Shown: positions 9,308 through 18,528 of the stretch, piece by piece
Numbering within the stretch: the first letter of the stretch is position 1
How the letters are laid out: each line of letters starts with the position of its first letter
From: Candidatus Heimdallarchaeota archaeon
GTDB lineage: Archaea; Asgardarchaeota; Wukongarchaeia; Wukongarchaeales; JBHIFL01
Direction: 5' to 3'
Assembly: GCA_046761065.1 (NCBI GenBank)
Contig: JBHIFL010000023.1
Span: forward strand, 1 to 49,930
Length of the DNA stretch: 49,930 nt
Program-made: the position numbers and the translations under genes
The notes under the pieces: generated by a model
The model's input: only the letters and a program-made list of their open reading frames with translations
What the model was told of the DNA's origin: nothing
The model's database searches: none

Positions 9308-10252
9308 TTGGGAAATATTCATTTCTTGTATAATGAAGTCGCCTTTTTCTTGAGAAAAGTCAAATTAGCAATTTTATACTTCATAAGTCTCTTCTCAGTT
9401 TTCCTACTCATGCTACTTTTCATTGGAAAATCATTAACATTTATTGATTTGGCATTGTTTTTGTCCCTAAATTACACTCCTAAAACATTACCTGAAGCTC
9501 TAGCTGTATTTATTATTCTATTGATGGAGTTGTCTCCTATAATGGCATTCGTGGAGGTGCGTACATTGTCTGTTGAAGAAAAAGGGGTTTTACGTGCTAA
9601 GACCTATCGTGATCATATTATTTTGGTTGGCTGTGGGCATTTAGGTAAGAGAGTTGCATCATTGCTTTTGGAGTTGAACATCCCTTTTTTGGTTATAACT
9701 CTTAGAAACGATTTAGAATCGAATGAGTTTGTCAATAAACTGATTCGACAGAAGGTTCCAGTAATTCTTGGGGATGCCTCGGTTCAAGATATTCTTTTAA
9801 AAGCAAAAGTTAACACTGCGAAGGCGCTTATAATTGCTGTTAACGATGACTCGTTAAATCATAAGATCGCCTATAAAGCCAAAACCTTGGCTCCACAAGT
9901 GAAAGTAATAGCACGTGTCTACGATGATGAAATGGCCAACATTTTAAAAACAAGCGGCTATGCGGATGAAGTCCTTAGTTCGACTGCCATTTCGGTACGG
10001 AATTACATTATGGGAAGTTTTATCGACGTTGTCACTGAGATCGATGCTCCAATTGTAATTAAAATCACACCAAATCTGCTAAAAGCAAAAAAGACACGTA
10101 ATGAAATGGAAAAAGAATTTGGTGTGAATATCCTAGCCATATACCGTGATGGCAAATGGCTTCATGGTGAAAATCTGGATATTCAAAATCAGGATATTCT
10201 TTGTATCCAAGGCACTTCTAAGCAATTACGTAGAATTATCCAACTTGGCTAA
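9308..10252 (+). CDS. TrkA-N/RCK domain membrane protein (K+ channel/transport family)
   Basis: Two N-terminal TM segments, DHIILVGCGHLG, ILGDAS, DDSLN, VKVIARV, C-terminal TrkA-C. Confidence 0.85.
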   Translation: MGNIHFLYNEVAFFLRKVKLAILYFISLFSVFLLMLLFIGKSLTFIDLALFLSLNYTPKTLPEALAVFIILLMELSPIMAFVEVRTLSVEEKGVLRAKTYRDHIILVGCGHLGKRVASLLLELNIPFLVITLRNDLESNEFVNKLIRQKVPVILGDASVQDILLKAKVNTAKALIIAVNDDSLNHKIAYKAKTLAPQVKVIARVYDDEMANILKTSGYADEVLSSTAISVRNYIMGSFIDVVTEIDAPIVIKITPNLLKAKKTRNEMEKEFGVNILAIYRDGKWLHGENLDIQNQDILCIQGTSKQLRRIIQLG

Positions 10253-10326
10253 TTCGCCCTAGGAGAAAACCTTAACTATTTGTCAGAAGCTCGAATCATT
10301 CCGAAAGAACCCTAAGGTGAGAGGAT

Positions 10327-11895
10327 TTGAAATACTTGAATATGGGAGAAATCTTAGCGGTGAATGCAAAAAAATACCCCGAAAAAATAGCACTTAAGGA
10401 CATCCGAACCAGTCGAACCTTTCCTGAACTTGATATACGAACAAATAAAATTGCTAATGCATTTCTTGACATGGGAGTGGAGGAAGGAGACAAAATAGCC
10501 GTTCTGCTCAATAATTCGGTAGAGTTTATGGAGATCTACATGGCTGCTGCGAAAATGGGAGCAATCATCGTTCCAGTGAACTTCCGGCTGATTGATAAAG
10601 AGATACGGTATATTGTCGCTAACTCAGATGCTACGGCTTTCATTACTCAATCGAGAGAGCCTTCTTACATCGATACAATTGAAGCAATCCGTTCAGACTT
10701 AGTGAAGATCCCTGATAACAGGTACATCGCCCTAGGACTTGAAACCCCTACTGGATATTCGAATTTTGAACATCTTGTTACTACGGCCTCAGAGTCCTCC
10801 CCGGATATCAAGGTTGAAAATGAAGACACTTGGATTCTTTTGTATACTTCGGGCACCACAGGGATACCGAAGGGTGTGGTTCGGTCACATCGTTCATACA
10901 TCGCGTTTTACCTGATAAATGAAGTAGAATTCGGCTTCAATCATACTGATTATGGTATGATTCTCATGCCATTAGCTCATGTGAACAGCACATTCTACTC
11001 TTTTGTGTTTACTTATATTGGTGCAGGATGCTACGTCCACCGAGAATATTCTTTTAATCCAGAAGAAGTGCTGGCTTTGATTGATAAAGAAAAAATCACT
11101 TTTACAAGTTTAATCCCTACGCATTATGCGTTTATTTTTGATTTACCTGAAGAGACAAAAAAGAAGTACGATATGAGTTCAATGCGAACGCTCTTATGTT
11201 CCTCAGCTCCAGCACGTAAAGCTCTTAAATTACAAATAATGGACTTTTTTCCCAATGCGCGTCTTTTCGAAGCCTATGGGAGTACAGAAGCTGGGCTGGT
11301 TACCATATTACACCCTGAGGAGCAATTGAATAAACTAGGATCAATCGGACGTGAGTGTATTGGCACTGATATTATCAAGCTTTTAGACGAAAACGGCAAT
11401 GAAGTACCAGTTGGAGAAGTTGGGGAACTGTATTCGAAGGGACCTATGATGTTTGACGAATACTATAAGCTGCCAGAAAAAACGAAGCAGTCGTTCAAAG
11501 GCGATTACTTTACTGCTCGAGATATGGTACGTATGGATAAGGATGGTTTCTATTATATCGTGGATCGCAAGGACAACATGATAATAAGCGGTGGGGAGCA
11601 TGTGTATCCCAGCGAGGTCGAGGAGATAATCTGCCAGCACCCTGCAGTGTTTGATGTAGCTATTATCGGCGTCCCTGACAAGAAATGGGGGGAAGCGGTG
11701 AAAGCTGTTGTTATTTTGAAGGATAATATGACTGCTACTGATAGTGAAATAATTGAGCATTGTCGAGCCAAAATGGCCAGTTTCAAGAAGCCAAAAACTG
11801 TTGATTTCATTTCAAAAGAAGAAATGCCACGAACCTCAACGGGGAAAATCCTCCACCGGATCCTGCGAGAACGCTATAAAGAAGAGATGGAATAA
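10327..11895 (+). CDS. Acyl-CoA synthetase / AMP-forming CoA ligase
   Basis: LLYTSGTTGIPKG, EAYGSTEAG, DRKDNMIISGGEHVYP, PRTSTGK. Confidence 0.95.
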   Translation: MKYLNMGEILAVNAKKYPEKIALKDIRTSRTFPELDIRTNKIANAFLDMGVEEGDKIAVLLNNSVEFMEIYMAAAKMGAIIVPVNFRLIDKEIRYIVANSDATAFITQSREPSYIDTIEAIRSDLVKIPDNRYIALGLETPTGYSNFEHLVTTASESSPDIKVENEDTWILLYTSGTTGIPKGVVRSHRSYIAFYLINEVEFGFNHTDYGMILMPLAHVNSTFYSFVFTYIGAGCYVHREYSFNPEEVLALIDKEKITFTSLIPTHYAFIFDLPEETKKKYDMSSMRTLLCSSAPARKALKLQIMDFFPNARLFEAYGSTEAGLVTILHPEEQLNKLGSIGRECIGTDIIKLLDENGNEVPVGEVGELYSKGPMMFDEYYKLPEKTKQSFKGDYFTARDMVRMDKDGFYYIVDRKDNMIISGGEHVYPSEVEEIICQHPAVFDVAIIGVPDKKWGEAVKAVVILKDNMTATDSEIIEHCRAKMASFKKPKTVDFISKEEMPRTSTGKILHRILRERYKEEME

Positions 11896-12304
11896 ACAAT
11901 ATATTTCAGAAAGAAATGTTAATGATAACTATATTATGATAAAGCTTAAATGATAACCTCGATTTCAGATTCCATATTTTACCATGAGGAGAGGTAGTAT
12001 ATCCAATTTAAAAGCCTAATAAGCCAGCGGCGGGCTTTCTCCGCTATCAGTCACAAACCTTTTTTATTGACTCCTTACTAATAGTGCCCGATTTATTTTT
12101 CAGATGGCTGTGTAGGAAACATGGCGGAGTCATTACGGCAGGAAAAAGCCGAAATTAAAGTTGAAATTAACCCTCTAACAAAGGTCATCAAAAAGAGTAA
12201 CTACCATCCCATAAAATTATTTAACTTTCCCCAAAATCTTTATATATTTTATATTTGTATATCCACTATATATATTCCCCCAATAAAAAAAGGAGAAATC
12301 AAAA

Positions 12305-13549
12305 ATGAAACAATGGAATAAGATGGCAGCTTTTACACTGGTTCTAGTGGCACTCATGTTTTTCCCGGGCTGTATTGGCCAAGAAAAGGGACCAGAGGAA
12401 ATAGTAATCGGTTTTTCCGCATCTCTTACAGGAAAATTTGACGTATATGGCAGAGAGGGCGTAGATGCTCTTGAGTGGTGGGCAGAAGAAGTCAATGCGA
12501 ATGGTGGACTCTATGTGGCTGATTTTGATAAAAAGATCCCAGTAAAAATTGTCTATTACGACGACGCAAGCGATAAAGATACAGCTATAAAAGTGGTAGA
12601 GAAACTTATCGTTGAGGATGGAGCACACTTTATAATGCCCTCGTACTCCAGCACTCTAACTCTTGCGGAGGCACCCATAACAGAAAAGCACCAGAAGAGC
12701 ATGTATGGCTGGGCCGCGGCATCAGATTCTATTTGGAAACAAGACTTCAAATATGTAGTTGGGACAATCACGCCATCATCCCTATATGACAAAGAGGCTT
12801 TGATATTCCTTAAGGAGCATAATCCAGAATATACAAAGATTGCCATATTATACAAAGACGACCCATTCACAACATCCATCGCGGAGGGCACTCGTAAGAT
12901 GGCTGAGGAGAAGGGCTATGAAATAGTATTTTATGACAAGTACCCAAAAGACGTTGTGGATGTCTCGCCTCTGCTTCTAAAACTCAAACCAACTGAGCCA
13001 GATATCATATTTGTTGAAGCCCACCTTAAAGATGGTATGGTTGTTGCTCAAGCGATGGCTGAGTACGATGTTCGAGCTCCCGTAATAATTTATGGCTCTG
13101 CCTCAGCGGCTGTACCATGGTATGACTTGGGACCGGAAATAGCTGAGTACTCTTCAGGAAGCTCCCAGTGGGAGAAATGGCTTGAACTAGACCCGACACA
13201 ATTCCCGAATTGGTATGGACCTACATGGACGTCGTTAGAGTGGTTTGATATGTGGGAGGATAAATACGGCTACGAAGTAGACTTCAGAGGAGCAAACATG
13301 TACCATTCCGCTTTAATTGTGCAAGCCGTGATAGAAAACGCTGGTACTATAGAAGATCCTGAAAAGATTAGGGAAGCAATAGTTGATCTTGACATACAGA
13401 CTTTTGTTGCTCCATTCGAAGTTGATCCTGATACGCTTATTCAACTTGCACGAGGAAACGTCATAATTCAGTGGCAGAACGGCGAAAAGCAGATAGTTGC
13501 TCCAGACTACGCGGCTACTGCTGATTGGGTCATACCTATGCCATCGTGA
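12305..13549 (+). CDS. Branched-chain amino acid (Liv-type) ABC transporter substrate-binding lipoprotein
   Basis: Signal peptide with GCIG lipobox-like motif, SASLTG, VNANGG, YYDDASD, QWQNG. Confidence 0.93.
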   Translation: MKQWNKMAAFTLVLVALMFFPGCIGQEKGPEEIVIGFSASLTGKFDVYGREGVDALEWWAEEVNANGGLYVADFDKKIPVKIVYYDDASDKDTAIKVVEKLIVEDGAHFIMPSYSSTLTLAEAPITEKHQKSMYGWAAASDSIWKQDFKYVVGTITPSSLYDKEALIFLKEHNPEYTKIAILYKDDPFTTSIAEGTRKMAEEKGYEIVFYDKYPKDVVDVSPLLLKLKPTEPDIIFVEAHLKDGMVVAQAMAEYDVRAPVIIYGSASAAVPWYDLGPEIAEYSSGSSQWEKWLELDPTQFPNWYGPTWTSLEWFDMWEDKYGYEVDFRGANMYHSALIVQAVIENAGTIEDPEKIREAIVDLDIQTFVAPFEVDPDTLIQLARGNVIIQWQNGEKQIVAPDYAATADWVIPMPS

Positions 13550-13708
13550 GAGAAACGCTTAATAAATACCCTCCCATACAATATGGCTACTACTAATTGC
13601 CTTATACCAAGTGGTTGAGCCATGTGAAGCTGAGAGTTGTAATTCCAGACTACGTGGCTACTGCTGATTGGGTCATACCTATGCCATCGTGAGAGAAACG
13701 CCTAATAA
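13501..13708 (+). repeat. Tandem triplication (period about 71-72 bp) of the SBP gene 3' end
   Basis: 13501-13565 and 13644-13708 match at 63/65 nt; a degenerate middle copy lies at about 13574-13609. Confidence 0.9.
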
Positions 13709-13723
13709 CTAAAATACTTTGGA

Positions 13724-14611
13724 GTGGAATACAAAGTGAATAGTGAATTTGCTATACAACTATTAGTTTCAGGTATTCTTATAGGGGGAATATATGGGCT
13801 TTCGGCGCTTGGTTTGAGCTTAATCTGGGGAGTAATGAACGTAATAAATGCAGCCCATGGTCATTTAATTATGTTGGCGGCTTTCATGTCTTATGAGCTA
13901 TTTATACGGTTCGGACTAAATCCATTACAGTCTCTCTTAATAGTTTCTCTTGTTGGTGTTGCATTAGGAGCTTTAACATACAGGGTATGTATTAGAAGAC
14001 TACTCATGCAACGTGAGTTTTCCCATGAGATGACTTTGATTATGATGTTTGGAGTCGGGATAGTCATTTACGGCTTGTCTGTATATGCCTGGGGTCGGGA
14101 TATCAGAGGAGTGCCTTTTCTGCTCCCTTCATTAACAGTGGGGTTCATCATAATACCGTTGGCTAGACTACTTACATTCACGATAGCCATTTTATTAACC
14201 CTGATCCTCTATTTTTGGCTTAAAAAGACGTATATGGGAAAGGCAATTCGAGCATTGGCTCAAAGCAGGGATGCAGCCATGGTTTCAGGGGTGAACCCTG
14301 ATCAGCTTTATTTCATTACCTTCATGATAGCTTTTTTCTACGCATTTGTAGCCGGCATTATGGTTAGCATAGTTTCACCCGGTTTAACACCATACTTAGG
14401 CCATTATTACATCGGTAGAGCATTTGCCATAGTAGTGTTAGGTGGCCTTGGGAATCCGATTGGCGCAATGGTCGGTGGCTTAATTTTGGGTGTGGCAGAA
14501 AGTCTTGCAACTCTTTCCATCACCTACGGATTCGTACCAGCTATAGCATTCCTTCTACTTATCCTCGTGTTGATATTTAAACCAACTGGACTTTTCGCGC
14601 CCATGAGGTAG
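13724..14611 (+). CDS. livH: Branched-chain amino acid ABC permease
   Basis: GGIYGLSALGLSLIWGVMNVINAAHG, GKAIRALAQ, VVLGGLG, KPTGLF. Confidence 0.92.
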   Translation: MEYKVNSEFAIQLLVSGILIGGIYGLSALGLSLIWGVMNVINAAHGHLIMLAAFMSYELFIRFGLNPLQSLLIVSLVGVALGALTYRVCIRRLLMQREFSHEMTLIMMFGVGIVIYGLSVYAWGRDIRGVPFLLPSLTVGFIIIPLARLLTFTIAILLTLILYFWLKKTYMGKAIRALAQSRDAAMVSGVNPDQLYFITFMIAFFYAFVAGIMVSIVSPGLTPYLGHYYIGRAFAIVVLGGLGNPIGAMVGGLILGVAESLATLSITYGFVPAIAFLLLILVLIFKPTGLFAPMR

Positions 14612-14617
14612 ATCCAG

Positions 14618-15565
14618 ATGCAATTATCCCGAACAGCCCATTTTATCCTCCCCATGTCAGTAACAGGTCTTGCCGCTTTTGCACTCCTCCCGTTCACCGG
14701 ATATCCACTTATATTCCCCTTCGTCATACTCAAATACATAGTTTTAGTATCAAGTTTGAATTTAATCACTGGATACACTGGTTATGTGGACTTTGGGCAT
14801 GTGGTATTCTACGGCTTAGGAGTATATGGAGCAGCCCTATCAGTCTATCATCTGAGAGGGATATTTTTTGCACTACCATTCATAGCTGTATTGCTCGGGG
14901 GTTTGGTGGCTAGTATTGTAGCCATAATCATTGGTTCGGTACTTTTAAGGCTTAGAGGTGCCTATTTTGCCTTAGCCATGTTAAGTTTTAATGAAGTAGT
15001 TAGACTTACATTTTTAAATTTGCCACAAAATTGGGCTGGTGGCACATTTGGTATTCCACTCCCAGCTATCTATGACCCTCTCTTAGCCTACTATGGAATG
15101 CTAATACTTGTTGTAGCCACTCTTAGTTTTATGTATCTGTTAGCTAATTCGAGCTTCGGTGTTTGTCTCAAGGCTATTAGAGAGGACGAAGACGCTGCGG
15201 AGGATCTAGGAATACCAACTTTTAACTACAAGCTCATCGCTTTTGCCTTATCTGGACTTATTGCAGGGCTTGCAGGAGGATTCGATCTATGGTATACTGC
15301 ATATGCTTCCCCGGATATCAATTTTGAGTTGGCTCACACGGTTGAGATGTTCGCGATGATGTTAGCGGGGGGATCAGGTACTGTTTTCGGCCCAGTACTA
15401 GGTGCTTTCATACTAATCCCATTCAGAGACTTCGTATGGGCCTTATCTCCATTCATCTATACTATAATCTTTGGAGCCTTAATTGTTGGGCTTATACTTT
15501 TAATGCCATATGGCATCTTGGGTTTGCTTGACAGGCTGCCAAAGTTCAAAGGAAAGATAAAGTAG
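14618..15565 (+). CDS. livM: Branched-chain amino acid ABC permease
   Basis: NLITGYTGYVDFGH, LRLRGAYFA, AIREDEDAA, GGSGTVFGP. Confidence 0.92.
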   Translation: MQLSRTAHFILPMSVTGLAAFALLPFTGYPLIFPFVILKYIVLVSSLNLITGYTGYVDFGHVVFYGLGVYGAALSVYHLRGIFFALPFIAVLLGGLVASIVAIIIGSVLLRLRGAYFALAMLSFNEVVRLTFLNLPQNWAGGTFGIPLPAIYDPLLAYYGMLILVVATLSFMYLLANSSFGVCLKAIREDEDAAEDLGIPTFNYKLIAFALSGLIAGLAGGFDLWYTAYASPDINFELAHTVEMFAMMLAGGSGTVFGPVLGAFILIPFRDFVWALSPFIYTIIFGALIVGLILLMPYGILGLLDRLPKFKGKIK

Positions 15566-15679
15566 CTAAAGTACTAGCAGTTTATACACCAAAAGCCGTT
15601 AAAATAGTAAAAGATTAAATGAAAAAAATGTTATTCAAATGTTTAATATATATTAATTAGTAAAAAAAGTGAAGCTACA

Positions 15680-16411
15680 ATGGCGAAAGAAGAAGTTATC
15701 CTCCAAATCGAAAACGTGAAGAAGCACTTCGGTGCCGTTAAGGCCGTCGATGGGTTTTCAATAGACATTAGAAAGGGGGATATCATAGGACTAATAGGAC
15801 CAAATGGCGCTGGTAAGACGACTTTGCTAAACTGTATATTGGGCTCGATGAAGGTTGATGAGGGATGGATATACTTTAACAATGAACCTATACATGGCGT
15901 TGCACCACATAAAATAGCCGAAAAAGGCGTTACTAGAACATACCAGGTACCCAGACCATTTCCAAAATTGACGGTACTGGAAAGCGTTTTGACGACTGTT
16001 GCTGCAAGAAGAAAGAGGGCTTTTGGCATAAGAGTAAAGGAGAAGGCAAAGTCATTATTGGAGTTCGTAGGTTTATCTCACATGACTGGAGACTATTCAG
16101 GAGAGCTATCTGGGGGTCAACAAAGATTATTGGAGTTTGCTAGAGCACTTATGAGCGATCCGCAGCTTATGTTAATGGATGAACCCTTTGCGGGCGTGTT
16201 TCCTGAAGTAAAAGAACGTCTTATCAAATCTATTAAAGAAGTTAATAAACATCAAGTAGTGACCTTTTTTATAGTTAGTCACGATGTAACAGTAATGTCT
16301 AAAATCTGTGAACATATAGTTGTTATGCATCTAGGAAAAAAATTTGCTGAAGGACCATCTAAAGAGGTGTTAGCAGATAAATCGGTGATTAAAGTATACC
16401 TTGGTAGTTGA
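15680..16411 (+). CDS. livG: Branched-chain amino acid ABC ATPase
   Basis: GPNGAGKT, RTYQ, LSGGQQ, MDEP. Confidence 0.92.
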   Translation: MAKEEVILQIENVKKHFGAVKAVDGFSIDIRKGDIIGLIGPNGAGKTTLLNCILGSMKVDEGWIYFNNEPIHGVAPHKIAEKGVTRTYQVPRPFPKLTVLESVLTTVAARRKRAFGIRVKEKAKSLLEFVGLSHMTGDYSGELSGGQQRLLEFARALMSDPQLMLMDEPFAGVFPEVKERLIKSIKEVNKHQVVTFFIVSHDVTVMSKICEHIVVMHLGKKFAEGPSKEVLADKSVIKVYLGS

Positions 16412-16415
16412 TTCT

Positions 16416-17132
16416 ATGTCTCTCATAGTGGAAGATCTAACAGCTGGATACTTTCCTGGAATAAACATAATTGAAGATGTTAGTTTGAAAATTGAGGAGG
16501 GAAAACTGGAAAGTATAATCGGCCCAAATGGCTCAGGCAAATCTACATTGCTCAGAGCAATCTATGGTCTCCTTCCACCGAGGAGCGGGAGAGTGTTATT
16601 CGACAATGAGGATATTACCCGTCTCAAACCATTCCAAAAACTGGCTAAAGGTATAGCATTCATACAACAGGAAAGAAGCATATTTCCGTATTTAACAGTA
16701 TGGGAACACTTGGAGTTAGGCGGATGGTTAATAAGAAAGGACAAGAGGAAACTTGAGAAAAGAATCGAGGCAGTCTTAGAAAGATACCCACTACTTCAGG
16801 AGAAGGCCAGTGAAAAAGCTATCAATTTAAGTGGTGGTATGCAGAGAATGCTTGAACTAGCAAGAACCCAGATTATTGATCCTAAAGTCATCTTTTTCGA
16901 CGAGCCCACAGCGGGTTTGGCCCCAATAATGGCAAAGGAGATATATGATGAGATTAGTAAGCTGAAGGGCGAAAGAACTATAATCATTGTAGACCAGAAC
17001 CTCCAAGCAGCAATAGAATTAGCAGAGTATACTTATGTGCTTGAGCTTGGCCGGATCAGGGGCGAAGGAAAAAAAGAGGATGTCATGAAAGCTCTAGAGC
17101 AGATAGCAGCATCATGGGTAGCCCTTGAATAG
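16416..17132 (+). CDS. livF: Branched-chain amino acid ABC ATPase
   Basis: GPNGSGKS, LSGGMQ, FDEPTAGLAP; ATG 16416 preferred over TTG 16401. Confidence 0.92.
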   Translation: MSLIVEDLTAGYFPGINIIEDVSLKIEEGKLESIIGPNGSGKSTLLRAIYGLLPPRSGRVLFDNEDITRLKPFQKLAKGIAFIQQERSIFPYLTVWEHLELGGWLIRKDKRKLEKRIEAVLERYPLLQEKASEKAINLSGGMQRMLELARTQIIDPKVIFFDEPTAGLAPIMAKEIYDEISKLKGERTIIIVDQNLQAAIELAEYTYVLELGRIRGEGKKEDVMKALEQIAASWVALE

Positions 17133-17158
17133 TTTTAATTTTACTGGAGCCATAGTGT

Positions 17159-17319
17159 TGCAATATCGCGAGCAATATTGCACATGTGGGTAGAACTTGC
17201 CGGGGCCGGCTACTTGTCAACCAGTCAATCGTAACGAGGGAAGGTAGATCGCGGAACTCACCCCTCAGTTACAAGTGCTGCCTGGCAGGGTGGAAGAGTT
17301 GATGTTCGGCTCTTGGCTG
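17159..17319. ncRNA. Candidate structured RNA or structured leader (family unknown)
   Basis: GC-rich intergenic stretch with several complementary stems and no convincing ORF. Confidence 0.3.
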
Positions 17320-17411
17320 AATTAAAAATTTTCACAGTTCTCTTTACCCAGGAGAAGGAAAGATTTTTGGTGAATAGAAACAACTAAGCTACAACAATTA
17401 AGGTGATCTAA

Positions 17412-18440
17412 TTGAAAGCTGCAGTGTTTTATGAGCCAAAAAAACCCTTGAAAATTGAAGATGTGCCTACTCCTAAAGCGGATCTGGGCAAAGTGGTTGT
17501 AAAAATCGCCGCGTGTGGTGTCTGTCACACCGATGCGGGTTATCTGTTTTACGGAGTCCCCACCTTCAAGAAACCACCCCTCATCTTGGGGCATGAGCCA
17601 AGTGGGGTAATTGAGTGGGTTGGAGATGGAATAGATCACTTAAAAGAGGGTGATCAAGTTCTAATTCCAGCAGTCTTGACCTGTGGACAATGCTATTACT
17701 GTCGTACAGGTCGGGAGAATATTTGTCAGAACATGACGATGCTTGGTAACCATATCGATGGCGCATTTGCGGAATACATCGGGATTCCCGCAAAGGATGT
17801 GATTCCATTACCAGCAAGTATTCCACTGCAAGAAGCGTGTATCATTAGTGATGCGATCAGTACTCCCTTTCATGCGGTAAAAAACCGGGCGCAGGTGAGA
17901 GCTGGAGACTACGTTGTCGTTATTGGATGTGGGGGCGTGGGAATGAATGTTGTCCAAGTGGCAGCCGCTTTTGGAGGACAAGTTATAGCCGTTGACATGG
18001 TTGATTGGAAGTTAGAGATGGCAAAGAAGTTAGGGGCTATTGAGGTCATCAACAGTAAGGACATAGAACCAAAAGATGTAGTAAGATCAATAAGAAAACT
18101 GACAAATGGGGGAGCAGACATTGCTATGGAGGTCATAGGGAATCCTAAAACCCAGCAAATCGCGTATAACTCCGTGAAATGGGGGGGACGTGTAGTTATA
18201 GTGGGGTTTGCTCCAAAACCAACGGAGTTGAATCTGGGACGTATGATGTTCAGAGAAATTGAGATGCTTGGATCCTTGGGATGCCGCCCTGTTGATTATC
18301 CATTCTTGATCCGTCTGGTTAAGGTAGGAAAAATTCAAGTAAAACCCATCATTACTCACCGATTCCCCCTTGATGAGATCAATGAAGCGTTTGACACTCT
18401 CCACAAAGGAGAAACCATTCGATCAATAGTGCTTCCATAG
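17412..18440 (+). CDS. Zn-dependent MDR dehydrogenase, similar to 6-hydroxycyclohex-1-ene-1-carbonyl-CoA dehydrogenase (Had/BamQ)
   Basis: CGVCHTD..Y...GVPT..PPLILGHE, PAVLTCGQCYYC..IC, DAISTPFHA, GCGGVG, GSLGC. Confidence 0.85.
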   Translation: MKAAVFYEPKKPLKIEDVPTPKADLGKVVVKIAACGVCHTDAGYLFYGVPTFKKPPLILGHEPSGVIEWVGDGIDHLKEGDQVLIPAVLTCGQCYYCRTGRENICQNMTMLGNHIDGAFAEYIGIPAKDVIPLPASIPLQEACIISDAISTPFHAVKNRAQVRAGDYVVVIGCGGVGMNVVQVAAAFGGQVIAVDMVDWKLEMAKKLGAIEVINSKDIEPKDVVRSIRKLTNGGADIAMEVIGNPKTQQIAYNSVKWGGRVVIVGFAPKPTELNLGRMMFREIEMLGSLGCRPVDYPFLIRLVKVGKIQVKPIITHRFPLDEINEAFDTLHKGETIRSIVLP

Positions 18441-18528
18441 GAAAATAGTTGAGAGTTGTTGAATCTTGTAGGACGAAATTTTAATAACTTCAATGCCTAA
18501 CATCTAAAAGATTCTCCCTAAGAAGAAA

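Noticed and set aside
12121-12321. 66-aa ORF upstream of the SBP gene
   Set aside because: It runs through an AT-rich promoter region, overlaps the SBP start out of frame and has no motif.
13501-13708. Possible diversity-generating retroelement VR/TR pair at the SBP 3' end
   Set aside because: Mismatches are not adenine-specific, the repeat is short and there is no reverse transcriptase in the window.
17260-17315. Resemblance to a twister ribozyme loop (GTTACAAG) and to a 23S rRNA motif (GATGTCGGCTC)
   Set aside because: The other conserved twister elements are missing, and the rRNA match is short and gapped.
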